Origin: Octopus bimaculoides
Taxonomy: Eukaryota
Assembly: GCF_001194135.2 (NCBI RefSeq)
Contig: NC_068992.1
Coordinates: 55,099,823-55,163,822 of the forward strand
Reading direction: 5' to 3'
DNA length: 64,000 nt
The translations under genes were made by a program, and so were the position numbers. Positions 51,130 to 64,000 of the stretch are shown here, piece after piece; positions within the stretch are counted from its first letter, which is position 1, and each line of letters begins with the position of its first letter. Below the pieces are notes generated by a model. It was not told the origin of the DNA. It did not search any database and was given only the letters and a program-made list of their open reading frames with translations.

Positions 51130-51745
51130 GGTTTGGATTCCGCGGATTGTCTCTCATTTAAAACTAGTAAGCACAGACGGAAAGGAAATCCCTGTCATGT
51201 CAAGAATCGGTTCGATTTAAATAGATACTTGAGGGCATGATTCCCTCTCTCATGATATTCAGGCGCTAAGAAACTGTCATGATAAAAGTCAACATCGAGT
51301 TTAGTGATTAGTCTTCGTTTCTTCTTGCTGTAAATAAAACTCGCTGACAACCATGAAACCGATAATCTGAGTTCGTTAAATTTTAGTTTCCTAGAAAACA
51401 TCTCACCAATTTTGCTAAGGCAATGTACAATAGATCTGTAGTTACAGAGACAAGTTTCCAGAAACGCTGATTGATTTATTCGAAATACAAGGAGAAAGAA
51501 TTCATGAGGATATAAAGACACCGGAAGAGAATTACCAGGAAAGACAAGATCGGCATCTGATCGTAGCTTATAAATATTATAATAATTATCACAGGAACAT
51601 TCAGCTGAACTATTCTGATAATTGTCACTTTAGAACCTGTTATAAAACAAACATCGTTTGCACTGACTTGACAGATCATTATATGCCATACTTTTACTTC
51701 AGAGTTACAAATAGTAACTCTAATACAGCTCATTCGCATACATAG
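51130..51745 (+). mobile_element. Degenerate LINE AP-endonuclease remnant (CR1/L2-like)
   Basis: In order: KETVWIP (ETWL-like), SKHRRKGNPCHVKN (RKGGGVC.YVK-like), a damaged GDFNIDL-like site near 51418, and TNIVCTDLTDHYMPYF (TD.SDH.P.F motif) in an ~100-codon open frame at ~51434-51745. Confidence 0.45.
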
Positions 51746-52204
51746 TGCTGAAATATAGTGGTTTAGTAAGAAGTGGTGATTTCAGTAACGGCTAATATAT
51801 TTTAGAATATGTGCAACCGAAGCTAGTACAGTTACTGGTAATATATAAAAAAAAAACATCCGCATTGTTGATATTCTTTTTCATATACGTAGAGATTGTT
51901 AGTCAGAATCAAACAGAATTGTTATGATAGATTGGTGATATGTTTGTTATTAGGAATCATCATACGAAATATGCCAAAGTAGATGTTTACATTCTAAGCT
52001 ACGGATATATCTGTAGGTTATGTTAAAAAGTAAATAGATTGGTACCTATAAATCTATAGTGATATACATATATACATACGTATGAGAGTGTGTGTGTGTG
52101 TGTGTGTGTGTATGTATATATGTATGTATATAACTATGTATGTATATCTGCATGTATGAGTGTGTGTATCTACATATATACCTATGTTTGTGTATGTGCC
52201 TCCC

Positions 52205-52645
52205 TGATCGTCGAGTTTTGCTATGACTGAATCGGAGAAACAGCGTGCTTCAGTGAAATTCTGTTTTCTGCTGGAGAAAACGGCGGCCGAAACGGTTGTC
52301 ATGCTTGGAAAAGGTCACAAGGATGCTGCTATGAACAAAACACGACTTTATGAGTTGTTTCCACGCTTTAGGAATGGTCACTTATCGCTTGAAAACCCAC
52401 CTCGTTCAAAACGATTGTCGACCACCCGAACGAATGAAAACATCATGAAAATTCATGAAATGATATCGAACCATCACCGAATATATGACGAATTTTTTTT
52501 TTATATGACCCGGTGTGCCCTGAGTGAGAAATTCCGAATGAAAAGAGTTTCAGCAAATTTGTACCTCCTTTGCTCACGGAATAATAAAAGCAGTTACGAC
52601 TAAATGCGTGTCATGAACTCAAAGAACAGTTGAAAGTTGATCAGG
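52205..52645 (+). mobile_element. Mariner transposase N-terminal remnant
   Basis: MTESEKQRASVKFCFLLEKTAAETVVML...RFRNGHLSLENPPRSKRLST...MKRVSA is the mariner HTH region. It degenerates before the catalytic domain. Confidence 0.9.
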
Positions 52646-54393
52646 ACATTACTTGTAAATTGTAGAACATAACTGTCACCACTACTGCACAAAGTTGGAT
52701 ATTGTATAGTTTAATACACGAAAGTACTAGTTTAGCCAGAAACGACGTTTAATATTCTATCATTTCGTACATTATATTATATTATATTATATTATATTAT
52801 ATTATTATAAGATTGTAAATAAAACGTGAAAATGATACAAATTTCGAATTTCTTGGAGTAATACATTCTTCTTTGCACAATCACACACACCTGTATATAT
52901 ATATATATATNNNNNNNNNNNNNNNNNNNNNNNNNNNNNNNNNNNNNNNNNNNNNNNNNNNNNNNNNNNNNNNNNNNNNNNNNNNNNNNNNNNNNNNNNN
53001 NNNNNNNNNNNNNNNNNNNNNNNNNNNNNNNNNNNNNNNNNNNNNNNNNNNNNNNNNNNNNNNNNNNNNNNNNNNNNNNNNNNNNNNNNNNNNNNNNNNN
53101 NNNNNNNNNNNNNNNNNNNNNNNNNNNNNNNNNNNNNNNNNNNNNNNNNNNNNNNNNNNNNNNNNNNNNNNNNNNNNNNNNNNNNNNNNNNNNNNNNNNN
53201 NNNNNNNNNNNNNNNNNNNNNNNNNNNNNNNNNNNNNNNNNNNNNNNNNNNNNNNNNNNNNNNNNNNNNNNNNNNNNNNNNNNNNNNNNNNNNNNNNNNN
53301 NNNNNNNNNNNNNNNNNNNNNNNNNNNNNNNNNNNNNNNNNNNNNNNNNNNNNNNNNNNNNNNNNNNNNNNNNNNNNNNNNNNNNNNNNNNNNNNNNNNN
53401 NNNNNNNNNNNNNNNNNNNNNNNNNNNNNNNNNNNNNNNNNNNNNNNNNNNNNNNNNNNNNNNNNNNNNNNNNNNNNNNNNNNNNNNNNNNNNNNNNNNN
53501 NNNNNNNNNNNNNNNNNNNNNNNNNNNNNNNNNNNNNNNNNNNNNNNNNNNNNNNNNNNNNNNNNNNNNNNNNNNNNNNNNNNNNNNNNNNNNNNNNNNN
53601 NNNNNNNNNNNNNNNNNNNNNNNNNNNNNNNNNNNNNNNNNNNNNNNNNNNNNNNNNNNNNNNNNNNNNNNNNNNNNNNNNNNNNNNNNNNNNNNNNNNN
53701 NNNNNNACCACCACCTTCACCACCACCTTCACCACCACCACTGCCAACCCTTTCTCCGCCCTCTCACAACAAGGAGGAGAACATTGTTCAGCTTATTCTT
53801 AGATAAAATCTTTCTCAGATGCATATTGTTGCAGGATGATTATGATCTGAATGTATGCATGCTCTGGTATCATAGGAATCAGTTTTGTTCCTGAGCGCCA
53901 ACTCGGCCCTGCCCTGAGTAAGCTCAGGAGAGACTAGACAAGCAGTAGAACCCGCAAATAAATCGGCAGAATACAACGACAATCTACTTCTGTATAGTTC
54001 CCATAAAAAAACCAACCTTCAGACTTTGGCATGATTGTCCATGATTGCTGATGCGTGTAGATGTGTCGTATGAAGAGAAATCTTCCATGACATTTATACA
54101 TATGTTTATATTATTGAAAATTGAAAACAGAATACGGGATACGGGATCCGTGGTTTTAGAGCTAGCTTTTTAACCACACAGCTACGCCTGTGCCTATGTC
54201 TATACGAATGCTTATATATCCACATACGTATATGTGCACATGTATGTGTCAGTGCTCCTTTGATTTGTTACATAACCTTTGGAACGCGCTCTTGGCTTGT
54301 ACTGTCTCTATAGTTGTCGAGAATTAAGAGCCCATATAACAAATACCTGACTTAAAATAATTTCTGTCATCGTTCTTGTCATCGTTCTTGTTG

Positions 54394-54429
<36 letters not shown>

Positions 54430-56329
54430 AGAACAGTGTTAACCGAAATTCCAATATAACTTCGTAAGAGTAACAACATATTTTTATTGCAATGCGCTCC
54501 CCCAACGTAACAGTTTTAGTACAAAGTAAAGATGTGATGTTGACAGATATTGACTCAAACGTAGGCAACCGGTTGACACTGACTGCTTAATCAACTTCCA
54601 TAGACATTCCTATAATGGCACTGATTATCCATTTGGAAATAGAATTGATATTTTCTGCTTCTGCAATAGTTTTTCAGCATCTCCTGCAGTTACTGTTTTC
54701 ATATCCACCATTAAATGCATTTCATACTTGTTCCGTAATGAGATATTTGATGGAATATGGGAAGAAATTAAGATAATCTGAAAAATTGTCTTCTGTAAAA
54801 GAATGTCATTGAGGGAGCGCATAAGGAAAGATTTTGTCAAAGCTGTACGGTAAAAACCATTTTCGGCAGTTAACAGTAAAAACATTTCTGCATTGAAAGA
54901 GTTACAGAACTTCGCTTCATAATCATAAACTATCATGTTTGTTTACACCACGAAGTATTTCTGTCAAGTGTATTCGGTTTCTGTTAATATATAGCGTTAG
55001 ATTGACATAGACATAGACGTTGGCATCGTCTTGTGGAAACAGTATAGTGTGAAATCTAGACAGATACCTGGTGTATACCGATAATTGACAGCGTTGCGTT
55101 GATTCTGTTTCTGAGAATTATATTTAAGTATGTCTGTCTATGACGTAATCAACCCTCAACCACTTACTATGTTCATTTACGTAGATAGATGAGGTTCTTG
55201 CAATATAAGCGTCGAATAGGACGGAGAGGCCATCGACATTGTCGCCGTTGGTGTGGGAGTTAAGGAACGAGAGGGCCAAGAAATGTGAGAAAGAAAGGGG
55301 GAGCGAGGAAAAGAAAAGAGAAAGAAAGTATGAGATTGAGTAAAAGATAGAGTAAGAGTCGCACAAAATTTAGATACATACCTACTATAAGGTGAGCACA
55401 AGTGTGTACGTACGCCGCTATATGTATATATAAATATAAAAAATGGAACAAAAACGCAATAGAGGACAATAGAACATTCGGACGGATAGATGATACAAAA
55501 GCAGACAGGCGAAACAACGATTAGAAAGACGGGTCTTTACTCCTCAGTGAAGTATACCAGAAGCCCTTACCGTTTCGGGCAGTCACACCTGAGACAGTTC
55601 AATCTGGTTTCCTCCCCAAAAGTCTTTTTTTGCCTGTCCTTCTAATTGTTGTTTATCCTGTCTATCTTTGTATCGACTATTTGTCCAACAGTTTTATTGT
55701 CCTCCAAGCTAAGCGCATTAGACTTTTTTGTAAGCTAGCTAGCTAATGTGTACGGCAACAAAGACAAAAAAAAATAGATAGATAGATAGATAGATAGACA
55801 GACGTGGGGAAGGTGCACATGTTTGTTTGTATCTCTGTTTGTAAATAATTATGTGATATATGTGCGTAAAATTTGCAGGGTCAAAATACTACATCAGTGT
55901 TTGTATTTTTTTTTTAACCTTAGAGGTAAATATTTGATTAATTCGCTTCAATAACTTCACGCAGATCCTTCGCAGAGTATTAGCCGTTCTTCGGTGAAGT
56001 GGAAGGAGTGCTAGCAATAATATACTTAACGCTGATTCATATACTGAAGAATGTAGTATTCACTCTCATACCTCCGTGAAGCATGCGATGGATTTAATTA
56101 TATAACTCTTTCTACGTATACACGTAAAGACACTCATGCAGGCCAAACTATACAGGCATAATTACACATTTACACCAACGTACATGCATACACAAAAAGA
56201 TGTATACGATATATATATATATATATATANNNNNNNNNNNNNNNNNNNNNNNNNNNNNNNNNNNNNNNNNNNNNNNNNNNNNNNNNNNNNNNNNNNNNNN
56301 NNNNNNNNNNNNNNNNNNNNNNNTATGTA

Positions 56330-56371
<42 letters not shown>

Positions 56372-56679
56372 TGTTTTACTGATTCCTAGCTTTTGACTAG
56401 TTATGCTAGAGAAAGGCCATCGAATGCTGCCAGGATCTTCGTTAATTTTTTTGTTTTTTCTCGAGACAACATTTGAATCAGATATCTTTCATTTTAATAA
56501 CTTGTTTGGTTGTAACTTCATTCTGTATGTTGTTACTCAAAAGGATTTCGAATGTTTAAGCATGTTAACATCTACTCCATGTAAATGTGGGTATTTTTTG
56601 TCGATAAATCGAACAAACTGGAGTGAACGATTAGATAAATTTTACAGAAGCTTCATATTTGTAAGTTAAAACGAAAATT

Positions 56680-57322
56680 CATAGATATATATAAGGAAAT
56701 CCATCACCTGGAAGTGGGAAACGATGGCCCATTCGATTGATCGAGTAATAACAAGCTGCGTTCGTTTGAAAAACATGTTCTTGTAGGATGCAGTCATAAG
56801 TCATTTTGTTCAATCTATGTCTTCTAAACTCAATAAAATGTACGTCTATATCTACTATATGAAGCTGCTAAATTGCAGCATGATAAGAAGGGAGCTTCTC
56901 GCAGCCTCAAGAAGCTCCCTCGCTAGAAATTGCAGTCAAACCTCAATCAAAATCACATTTGTCGATTTTACAATGAGAAGGATACATTTGATAATGGATA
57001 ACAGTTGAAATGATATAGGCTATATGCCTACTAAGTCAGTGTTTACACGAAGTAAACGAAAAAGAACTGCTTGGCAATGAATCACTACAGCTGTATCAAT
57101 GGCAAAATACGACGCAAAATTCAACAACATATAAATAGTACAAGTTGGGGCACATTGGATAATGGTGTCGTAGATACATTATATACAGAACAAAAGACAG
57201 GGGCTGGTCAGGTACATTGGAATGTTGTTGATCATAATTATATACTACAGAACAGAAAAGTCATCTCATATCGCTATTTCTTCGAAGAATTTCCGAAGAC
57301 GGGTCTTAACCTTGAAATATAG
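56680..57322 (+). mobile_element. Probable pogo/Tigger (DDE_1) transposase remnant
   Basis: A single reading frame with several stops includes KKLPR*KLQSNLNQNHICRFYNEKD and INSTSWGTLDNGVVDTLY, resembling the pogo motifs K.PR....NL...YN.KAWM and PNTTS..QPLDQGVI.T.K. Confidence 0.45.
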
Positions 57323-57669
57323 AAGAAGGTAGAGGTATAAACCACCGATTTGTATTATTCCTTATAACTTAGTTTTGATTTTTATAAGAAAAGTAAAACG
57401 TTACAATATATCATATATCGTACATTGCTTCGTGCAAACTACTATACTACTCTACGAAAATTATATTTCAAACACCAAACAACATATTTTGCTATGTGAT
57501 TCATGCAAATCTCCCAGTGTTGGCAATGAGGGACAGTTAATCATTTTAAAATGCAAATAGTCCTTTTGGTGATGATTTGGACTGAAATAAATGCAGTGTT
57601 TTATAGGATCGCCAGCAGTTGTTGAATGGAGTGAGGAATATATAACGAAATCGGTGACGTGGCCCGAAT

Positions 57670-57745
57670 ATCTGCAAGGGAATAGACTTTTTAAACGCAT
57701 CAAAAGGGCCAGATTGTCGATGGTGTTAGAGAGGAAGGCAGATTT
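57670..57745 (+). mobile_element. Tc1 transposase N-terminal stub
   Basis: HQKGQIVDGVREEG resembles the Tc1 motif FE(K/R)GQIVGAR.AG; very short. Confidence 0.35.
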
Positions 57746-57849
57746 TGTACATCAACCAGGCAAACCGTAACCGGATTAAAGCTAAGAATATAATGAGCCG
57801 GAACAAATATCACAAGGTATCTGCTCCAGCGTTTCTACACTGGCAATCC

Positions 57850-57930
57850 ACCGCCCTAAATGGGTACTTTACTCATCGATCCCGAAAAACTGAAAGGTTA
57901 AGTTGGTTTCTGCGTTATTTGAACCTAGAA
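57850..57930 (-). mobile_element. SINE family B body fragment
   Basis: GGTACTTTACTCATCGATCCCGAAAAACTGAAAGGTTAAGTTGG...TTTGAACC is the reverse complement of the family B core. Confidence 0.55.
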
Positions 57931-60779
57931 GAATACAGAACATTTTATTCGATTCTCTAACCATACTACTAAATCTTTACTCTCACCAATACGGGATGGC
58001 CACACTTGGAACAACTTCTTTTATCGTATTATGGCTGATTTGGTTCTACACAACAATAACGGTAATAAAAAGATATATAATTACATTAGTGTCAAGGAAA
58101 ACAATGACATTTGTCAATAGGTCATCAACCTTCAGAAAATCCTACACATTTTCATTTCAATGTAGTAACATATCTGTACAATGACTTCCTAGTTTTTTTT
58201 TTTATCTATATAAATGCTATTTGAATTCTCATTTGATGTTTTGGAATTATAAAACATGAATTTTATTTGTTATTTTCCATTGCAAAACTCTCTTATATTA
58301 GAGAAAATCGATAGTGAGTAAAAGAAAACAATACAAAGGCAAGCGCATCTAATAAGCGCATCCAAATGAATAGGTAACTACTGTAATTCGATAAGGGATG
58401 AATAGAGAGGTGTTCAATATGCAACTTAAACATTGTGGGCCGTTTTTCACGAAGTGCTTATTTCATTAGCGATACCAGATTTCGAAAAATAAGCTCACCG
58501 ACTTATTTGTTTGTTAGTTATGCAGTTGTTAGTTATGCAGTTGTGATTGTAGTTAATATACTACATACACTTTATTTACCGCACATAAATTGCCGAGTGT
58601 TTGCTTTCAGTGTGTACAAAATTGTAATTTTGAAATTACTTGAGTATTAGCAGAAAAATAAACTTGAAAAGAAGGATAAAAATTGAAGGTTTTTTTTCTG
58701 GTAAATTGTATATAAATCTGACAGTAACACTTTGGTGTTGCAGTGTCAAACAACTGTTATTGTATCAAAAACAGCACGTTCTTATTGATCCATGAAAACA
58801 TTAGACTTTATGCTAGATTTAAATACAATATCGGCGAACAAATAAAATATTCAGGCATCATATCAGATTGCAACACTTTCATTACGAACAAAATTCCCTC
58901 GCTATTTTTCTTTCTCTTCCCATCTCACTCTCTTTAAAAGCCTACAAATACACATTCGAATATATGATATCATTATTGAGTTAACAATGATTGAACATTT
59001 ATTATGGACTGGACACATGAAAGGATCCAGGGATCTCTGAAGTTTAAGAAACGTTGTCCATCTTGTTTATAGAATTCAGCAAACAAATTATTTGCGGAAG
59101 CTTAGTGATGTCTTCCAAGTCGATTATTAATTATTATTATCATGTGAAACAGTGAAAATCCATGATGTAGATATTCATTTTTAACACGTTCTGGAAGATT
59201 CGGATGCGAAAATGTAAATTGATGTCTTTGGAGCACGAATAACACCCGATTTTATCTATTGTTTCGTCATGTTTGAACAAGCAGCCCAGTCATCAGTGAC
59301 CCTTATCATTCTATCCTGAGATCTATGTTCGGCCCCCTCGTAGCAACATGTCTACTTCGATCCCTCTCATCTAGAACTTCCAGTCATGCGCAATAACAAT
59401 AAACATCCTGCAGTGCACGCTTGCGCCCTTTTCTTTTAGTAAAAAAACTACATGTCATGGCATTTTTGTTATGAAAATAAAACTAAGTACCCTTAAATTA
59501 ATACTTGAAAACTGAAACAAAGTAGATGATATGTGCTGCAGCGGTCTTTATGTGCATGTTTACAGTGAACCGTTCAGAAAATCCTACACGAGATAAGGTC
59601 AAATAATTCTAGATACTTGTCTACAACCGACAGCGTTGTCTATCGACGTGAGGATTTGTGTTTAATCAAACATAAAATTTACAGATAATAAATCCGTTAA
59701 AATATTAACTTTTCATGCGTTAACCACTTTCCACTGTTTAAAAATTGAACGTATTCGATCAATGGACTTTATAGAAATATCAATGTCAAATGTCATTCAA
59801 TTCATAATCTACTTACAGAAAGAGAAGATACATATCAAATAATATCGTTCTTGATATAGAAACATCAAATAAAAAAAAAATGGATGTATGACCAATCCCG
59901 TAATGTATCTGGTGATTCGATTGCATGATTAGAGCAAAGCTGAGATTAAACAAAAACAACCGCTTGAGTGTGTCTAAGTAGAGATAATCTCACGTTCCAA
60001 GTACACAATGACCTGAAACTCACATCATGTAATTATCAAAAAATCACGATGTAAAGAGTACGATATTTTTCCGAAAATTATTGTCTGATAAAACCATATT
60101 TTACAGGAATTTGAAATATAATTTCTAATTACGTATGGAAGATGCTAATGAAAAAATATACTATTATAAACACTAGACAGGAACAGGCTACGTGATGACC
60201 ATACTGGATTTAATATACGTTTAAAGGCTTTAAAGAAACATACATTACCATCTATAGTAATTATACTAGTTAACATAATGATTGTAATAATTAATGATAT
60301 TATTGCAAATAATATTAAAACAATTTTAGTAATAATCATAATATTATTATTATTTGCAGGTGTAAACCTAAACATAAGTGAATTACTTATGAATAAATAA
60401 TGAACTCCAAACAGTGAAATGTAAACAAAACTGCTGCAATTGATTGTAATATGAATGAACATTGTATAAATCAAGTAGAGGTGATTATGAGACCAGAATT
60501 CAATTTGATTTAAAAAGTAACACTATAGCCTTTTACTGAATACCAAAGCCGGAAGCTTGTTTCAGTTAGTTCACTTTTAAAACGTCGTAAGTGATGGGCC
60601 CTTGGTGAAATTGCAGCGACTAGGATGCATAATTGTGTACGGAGCAATGTGTGGTTACTGCAACCGAAACACATGTTGGTCATTTTTATGAATGGTGTAG
60701 AAAACTTTTTTTAATAAAAAGTTTTGGATGTAAATAAATCTCCACTCCCGTCTTCATTTTCAGTTACACACGCACACAC

Positions 60780-60818
<39 letters not shown>

Positions 60819-61689
60819 ATTCATAGACGTGCATAAATACACATTTTCTCTCATATATAAGCATACACTCACACTCACACATAACTGTGCATAGATTTGA
60901 AAGGCTTGTTATAAACTATAAGCCATTCTCAAGAAAAGAACTAAAGATGTTAGACACCAAGAATAATATTGTGATTCAGATTAGTAGCCACATATTTCGC
61001 TTTATATTAGCATTTTCAAACAGATGAGTGTTTCGTTTAATCTACTGAATTTACAGACGAAAACGTGAAGCGTAGTAGGTACTCTTGTCTTTTTTTTTAA
61101 AGTATAATTGTAAAGACACAGCTTTTTATGTTAAACTGAACAGGAATACATACTGAATGAATTGGCGTTTGAAAGAGAAGGATGTGTGTCTGCAGAAGTT
61201 CATTGATGAATTAAATACCGAAAGTGACAAAACAAAGATTTATCATTAAATACCGAGGCTCAACAAAAATGTGTAGTCAACTAAATGACAAGCAAATCAC
61301 AAAGAAGTGAAACAGAACCAGTGCGTGTTTATTATTTTGCGTACCTCCCGAGATGCAGCCAAACTTAGTTTTTACGAAGTTATAGATAAAATAAAGAAAG
61401 CGATCTAAAGCAATAAGATAGTAGCAAACATTGAAACAACTTAGATATTCATGAGTATGAAAGGCCACAATAAAGGTTTGTATAAAGGATGTAGAAAGTG
61501 AAATATATGAAATCTAAATAGTAGATAGTGTAATTAAGTGAAACTTTGTGATAATCCAGGATTTAGATTTTAATTATAATAAGGGAACTCAACTTGATTA
61601 ATGCAGTTTTTGAGATAACATATATTATAATAGTTTCATTATACAATATGATAGCTTAGTATTGTAGGACAGAAAAGTGTTGCTCCATG

Positions 61690-61923
61690 TCATCTTTTTC
61701 TCTTTCTAGATATACTTCTTCCTCCTCCTTCTTTCCCTACTCTTCTTCTTCTTTTTCTCCTCCTCCTCCTCCTCCTCCTTCTTCTTCTTTTTCTTCTTCT
61801 TCTCCTCCTCCTCCTCCTCCTTCTTCTTCTTCTTCTTCTTCTCCTCCTCCTCCTCCTTCTTCTTCTTCTTCTTCTTCTTCTTCTCCTCCTCCTCCTCCTC
61901 CTCCTTCTTCTTCTTCTTCTTCT
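61690..61923. repeat. Pure-pyrimidine (CTT/CCT)n tract running into a gap
   Basis: Directly visible; source of the poly-S/P/R ORFs. Confidence 0.95.
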
Positions 61924-62907
61924 NNNNNNNNNNNNNNNNNNNNNNNNNNNNNNNNNNNNNNNNNNNNNNNNNNNNNNNNNNNNNNNNNNNNNNNNNNNNN
62001 NNNNNNNNNNNNNNNNNNNNNNNNNNNNNNNNNNNNNNNNNNNNNNNNNNNNNNNNNNNNNNNNNNNNNNNNNNNNNNNNNNNNNNNNNNNNNNNNNNNN
62101 NNNNNNNNNNNNNNNNNNNNNNNNNNNNNNNNNNNNNNNNNNNNNNNNNNNNNNNNNNNNNNNNNNNNNNNNNNNNNNNNNNNNNNNNNNNNNNNNNNNN
62201 NNNNNNNNNNNNNNNNNNNNNNNNNNNNNNNNNNNNNNNNNNNNNNNNNNNNNNNNNNNNNNNNNNNNNNNNNNNNNNNNNNNNNNNNNNNNNNNNNNNN
62301 NNNNNNNNNNNNNNNNNNNNNNNNNNNNNNNNNNNNNNNNNNNNNNNNNNNNNNNNNNNNNNNNNNNNNNNNNNNNNNNNNNNNNNNNNNNNNNNNNNNN
62401 NNNNNNNNNNNNNNNNNNNNNNNNNNNNNNNNNNNNNNNNNNNNNNNNNNNNNNNNNNNNNNNNNNNNNNNNNNNNNNNNNNNNNNNNNNNNNNNNNNNN
62501 NNNNNNNNNNNNNNNNNNNNNNNNNNNNNNNNNNNNNNNNNNNNNNNNNNNNNNNNNNNNNNNNNNNNNNNNNNNNNNNNNNNNNNNNNNNNNNNNNNNN
62601 NNNNNNNNNNNNNNNNNNNNNNNNNNNNNNNNNNNNNNNNNNNNNNNNNNNNNNNNNNNNNNNNNNNNNNNNNNNNNNNNNNNNNNNNNNNNNNNNNNCT
62701 TCTTCTGCTTGTTAATCGTATAAAATTAACTAAGAATGCGCTATTGTTAAGTGCCACAGTGAACATAACAGTATATGAAGCTTCTCACAAAAGCAAAGAA
62801 GCTAGTTTGTGCACTTTGTGTATAAAAGCACATTTCCAAGAATTTTCAAATTATACTTGGCTGGTCATATTTCACCTGATAAAAGTGAGGATGACCAAGG
62901 AGGTGAA

Positions 62908-62959
<52 letters not shown>

Positions 62960-63630
62960 TTGCAACGTATCTAGATGCTACATTAACTATCCTTGGAAGT
63001 CATTAGTTTATGTTTCGTATAATTCTAAGTGATATTTTCAGTTGAAATAACATTCTCCCTTTTACACGACTGTCTTGAGCGGCACAATCCTCTCAACTCG
63101 CATGTGGTTTCCTTGCATAAGCCAATTATGTGCAAATGAATTAATCACTGTTGTAGTCATGTCAGTGAAACTGAGTAGAGAGAGATGTGCGGAAGCCTGT
63201 CAAAAGGATTGTAACTCTATTTTCAAAGGTTCAGATTTAGTACATTGTGCCACGCTGATTCTTACAAAACGTTTTCAACAAAGGTACACGACTCTATGGA
63301 ATATTCAGCCACATGCACACGCTTTCATTGAATAGTTATCTTAGTAACTTGTAGGGACCGTATTTTGTTATGCAACCATAATATACCACAAAGTATATTA
63401 AACGTTTTTATAGATCAATACTGTGTTCTACCGTGTTAGCAGTGCTATTAAATCACTTGTTAAGTTTATCCCTACTGATTTCCTATCGAAATTATATCTA
63501 AGTGCGCCTAATGTAAACAACAATGAGATCGAAGATCTTCGGTCTCATTATTGTTAACATTAAGCGCGCTCGGATAGAAAAAGTCGTAACAAATTAGTGC
63601 TGGCTATAATTTCTATAGCAAGTCTGTAGA

Positions 63631-63681
63631 GATAACATTAAGAAGTTGATAACATTAAGAAGTTGATAACATTAAGAAGTT
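63631..63681. repeat. 17-bp tandem repeat x3
   Basis: GATAACATTAAGAAGTT three times, exact. Confidence 0.95.
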
Positions 63682-64000
63682 GAACAACTGAGGACTCACA
63701 ATTCAAAGAAGAGGAAATCTAGCTATTTATTTACGTAAATATATGCAAAGATAGTGAGAAAGAGAGATAGACAAACAGTGAGGAACAAGGAGTGAGAGAG
63801 GCAGTGGGTGAAAAAACGAGAATGAGAGAAAAACCGAGAGAGGAATCCAAACGCGTAACCAATATAAACGTCTTATAATTTTTCGAGTATTAAATTTCAA
63901 ATCCTATTTCCACTCCATGTATCAATAAATATGGCGCGCCACTATTAGATTGACAATACTTTACGAGATACAAACTAATGTCGGCAAATGTATAATAATG

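Larger units (their letters stand above)
662..62698. other. Numerous assembly gaps (N runs) bounded by microsatellites
   Basis: N runs start at e.g. 662, 3760, 5121, 6390, 13961, 15642, 16722, 32108, 34689, 36931, 39551, 42481, 45890, 52911, 56230 and 61924; most abut (AT)n, (GT)n or (CTT)n. Confidence 0.95.

Noticed and set aside
50650-51130. Helitron helicase-like words (PPGL, CNG, IPRI)
   Set aside because: Scattered across frames; the downstream motifs fit a LINE endonuclease better.
59235-59305. Hammerhead-like CTGATGA...GAAAC on the minus strand
   Set aside because: Stem II does not close (C opposite C) and no NUH cleavage triplet follows stem III.
60145-60474. 109-aa hydrophobic membrane-protein-like ORF
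   Set aside because: The Ile-rich stretch mirrors a decayed (AAT)n repeat and reads hydrophobic on both strands; kept only as a weak exon candidate.
383-62766. Long ORF-track entries rich in X, YI/HT/CV dipeptides or poly-L/S/P/R
   Set aside because: Produced by N gaps and microsatellites; not genes.

Overview
AT-rich eukaryotic scaffold from a short-read assembly, with many N gaps flanked by (AT)n, (GT)n or (GATA)n tracts. The repeat content (three tRNA-derived SINE families, dense di-/tri-/tetranucleotide microsatellites, RTE and R4/Dong-type LINE relics, several Tc1/mariner types, a Helitron) fits an octopod cephalopod intron or intergenic region. That assignment is inference from repeat content. 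I cannot support any intact host protein-coding gene, and most ORF-track entries are microsatellite or N-gap artefacts. Recognisable coding remnants are all decayed transposons: hAT/Buster, Helitron RepHel (~17.8-21.7 kb), mariner/Tc1/pogo, RTE, R4/Dong, a LINE endonuclease and a Gypsy-like integrase end. The most striking observation is at 24.83-25.34 kb: a 332-nt, highly self-complementary tandem unit whose junction is a type I hammerhead ribozyme. Its stem I pairs perfectly only if the monomer is circularised, which points to a retrozyme-like circular-RNA-derived element. A second, Penelope-type minimal hammerhead lies at ~8.25 kb. Several fold-back structures are potential dsRNA/ADAR substrates: a ~0.85-kb inverted pair, a perfect 76-bp inverted repeat, a perfect 117-bp palindrome, a tetranucleotide palindrome and a head-to-head SINE pair.
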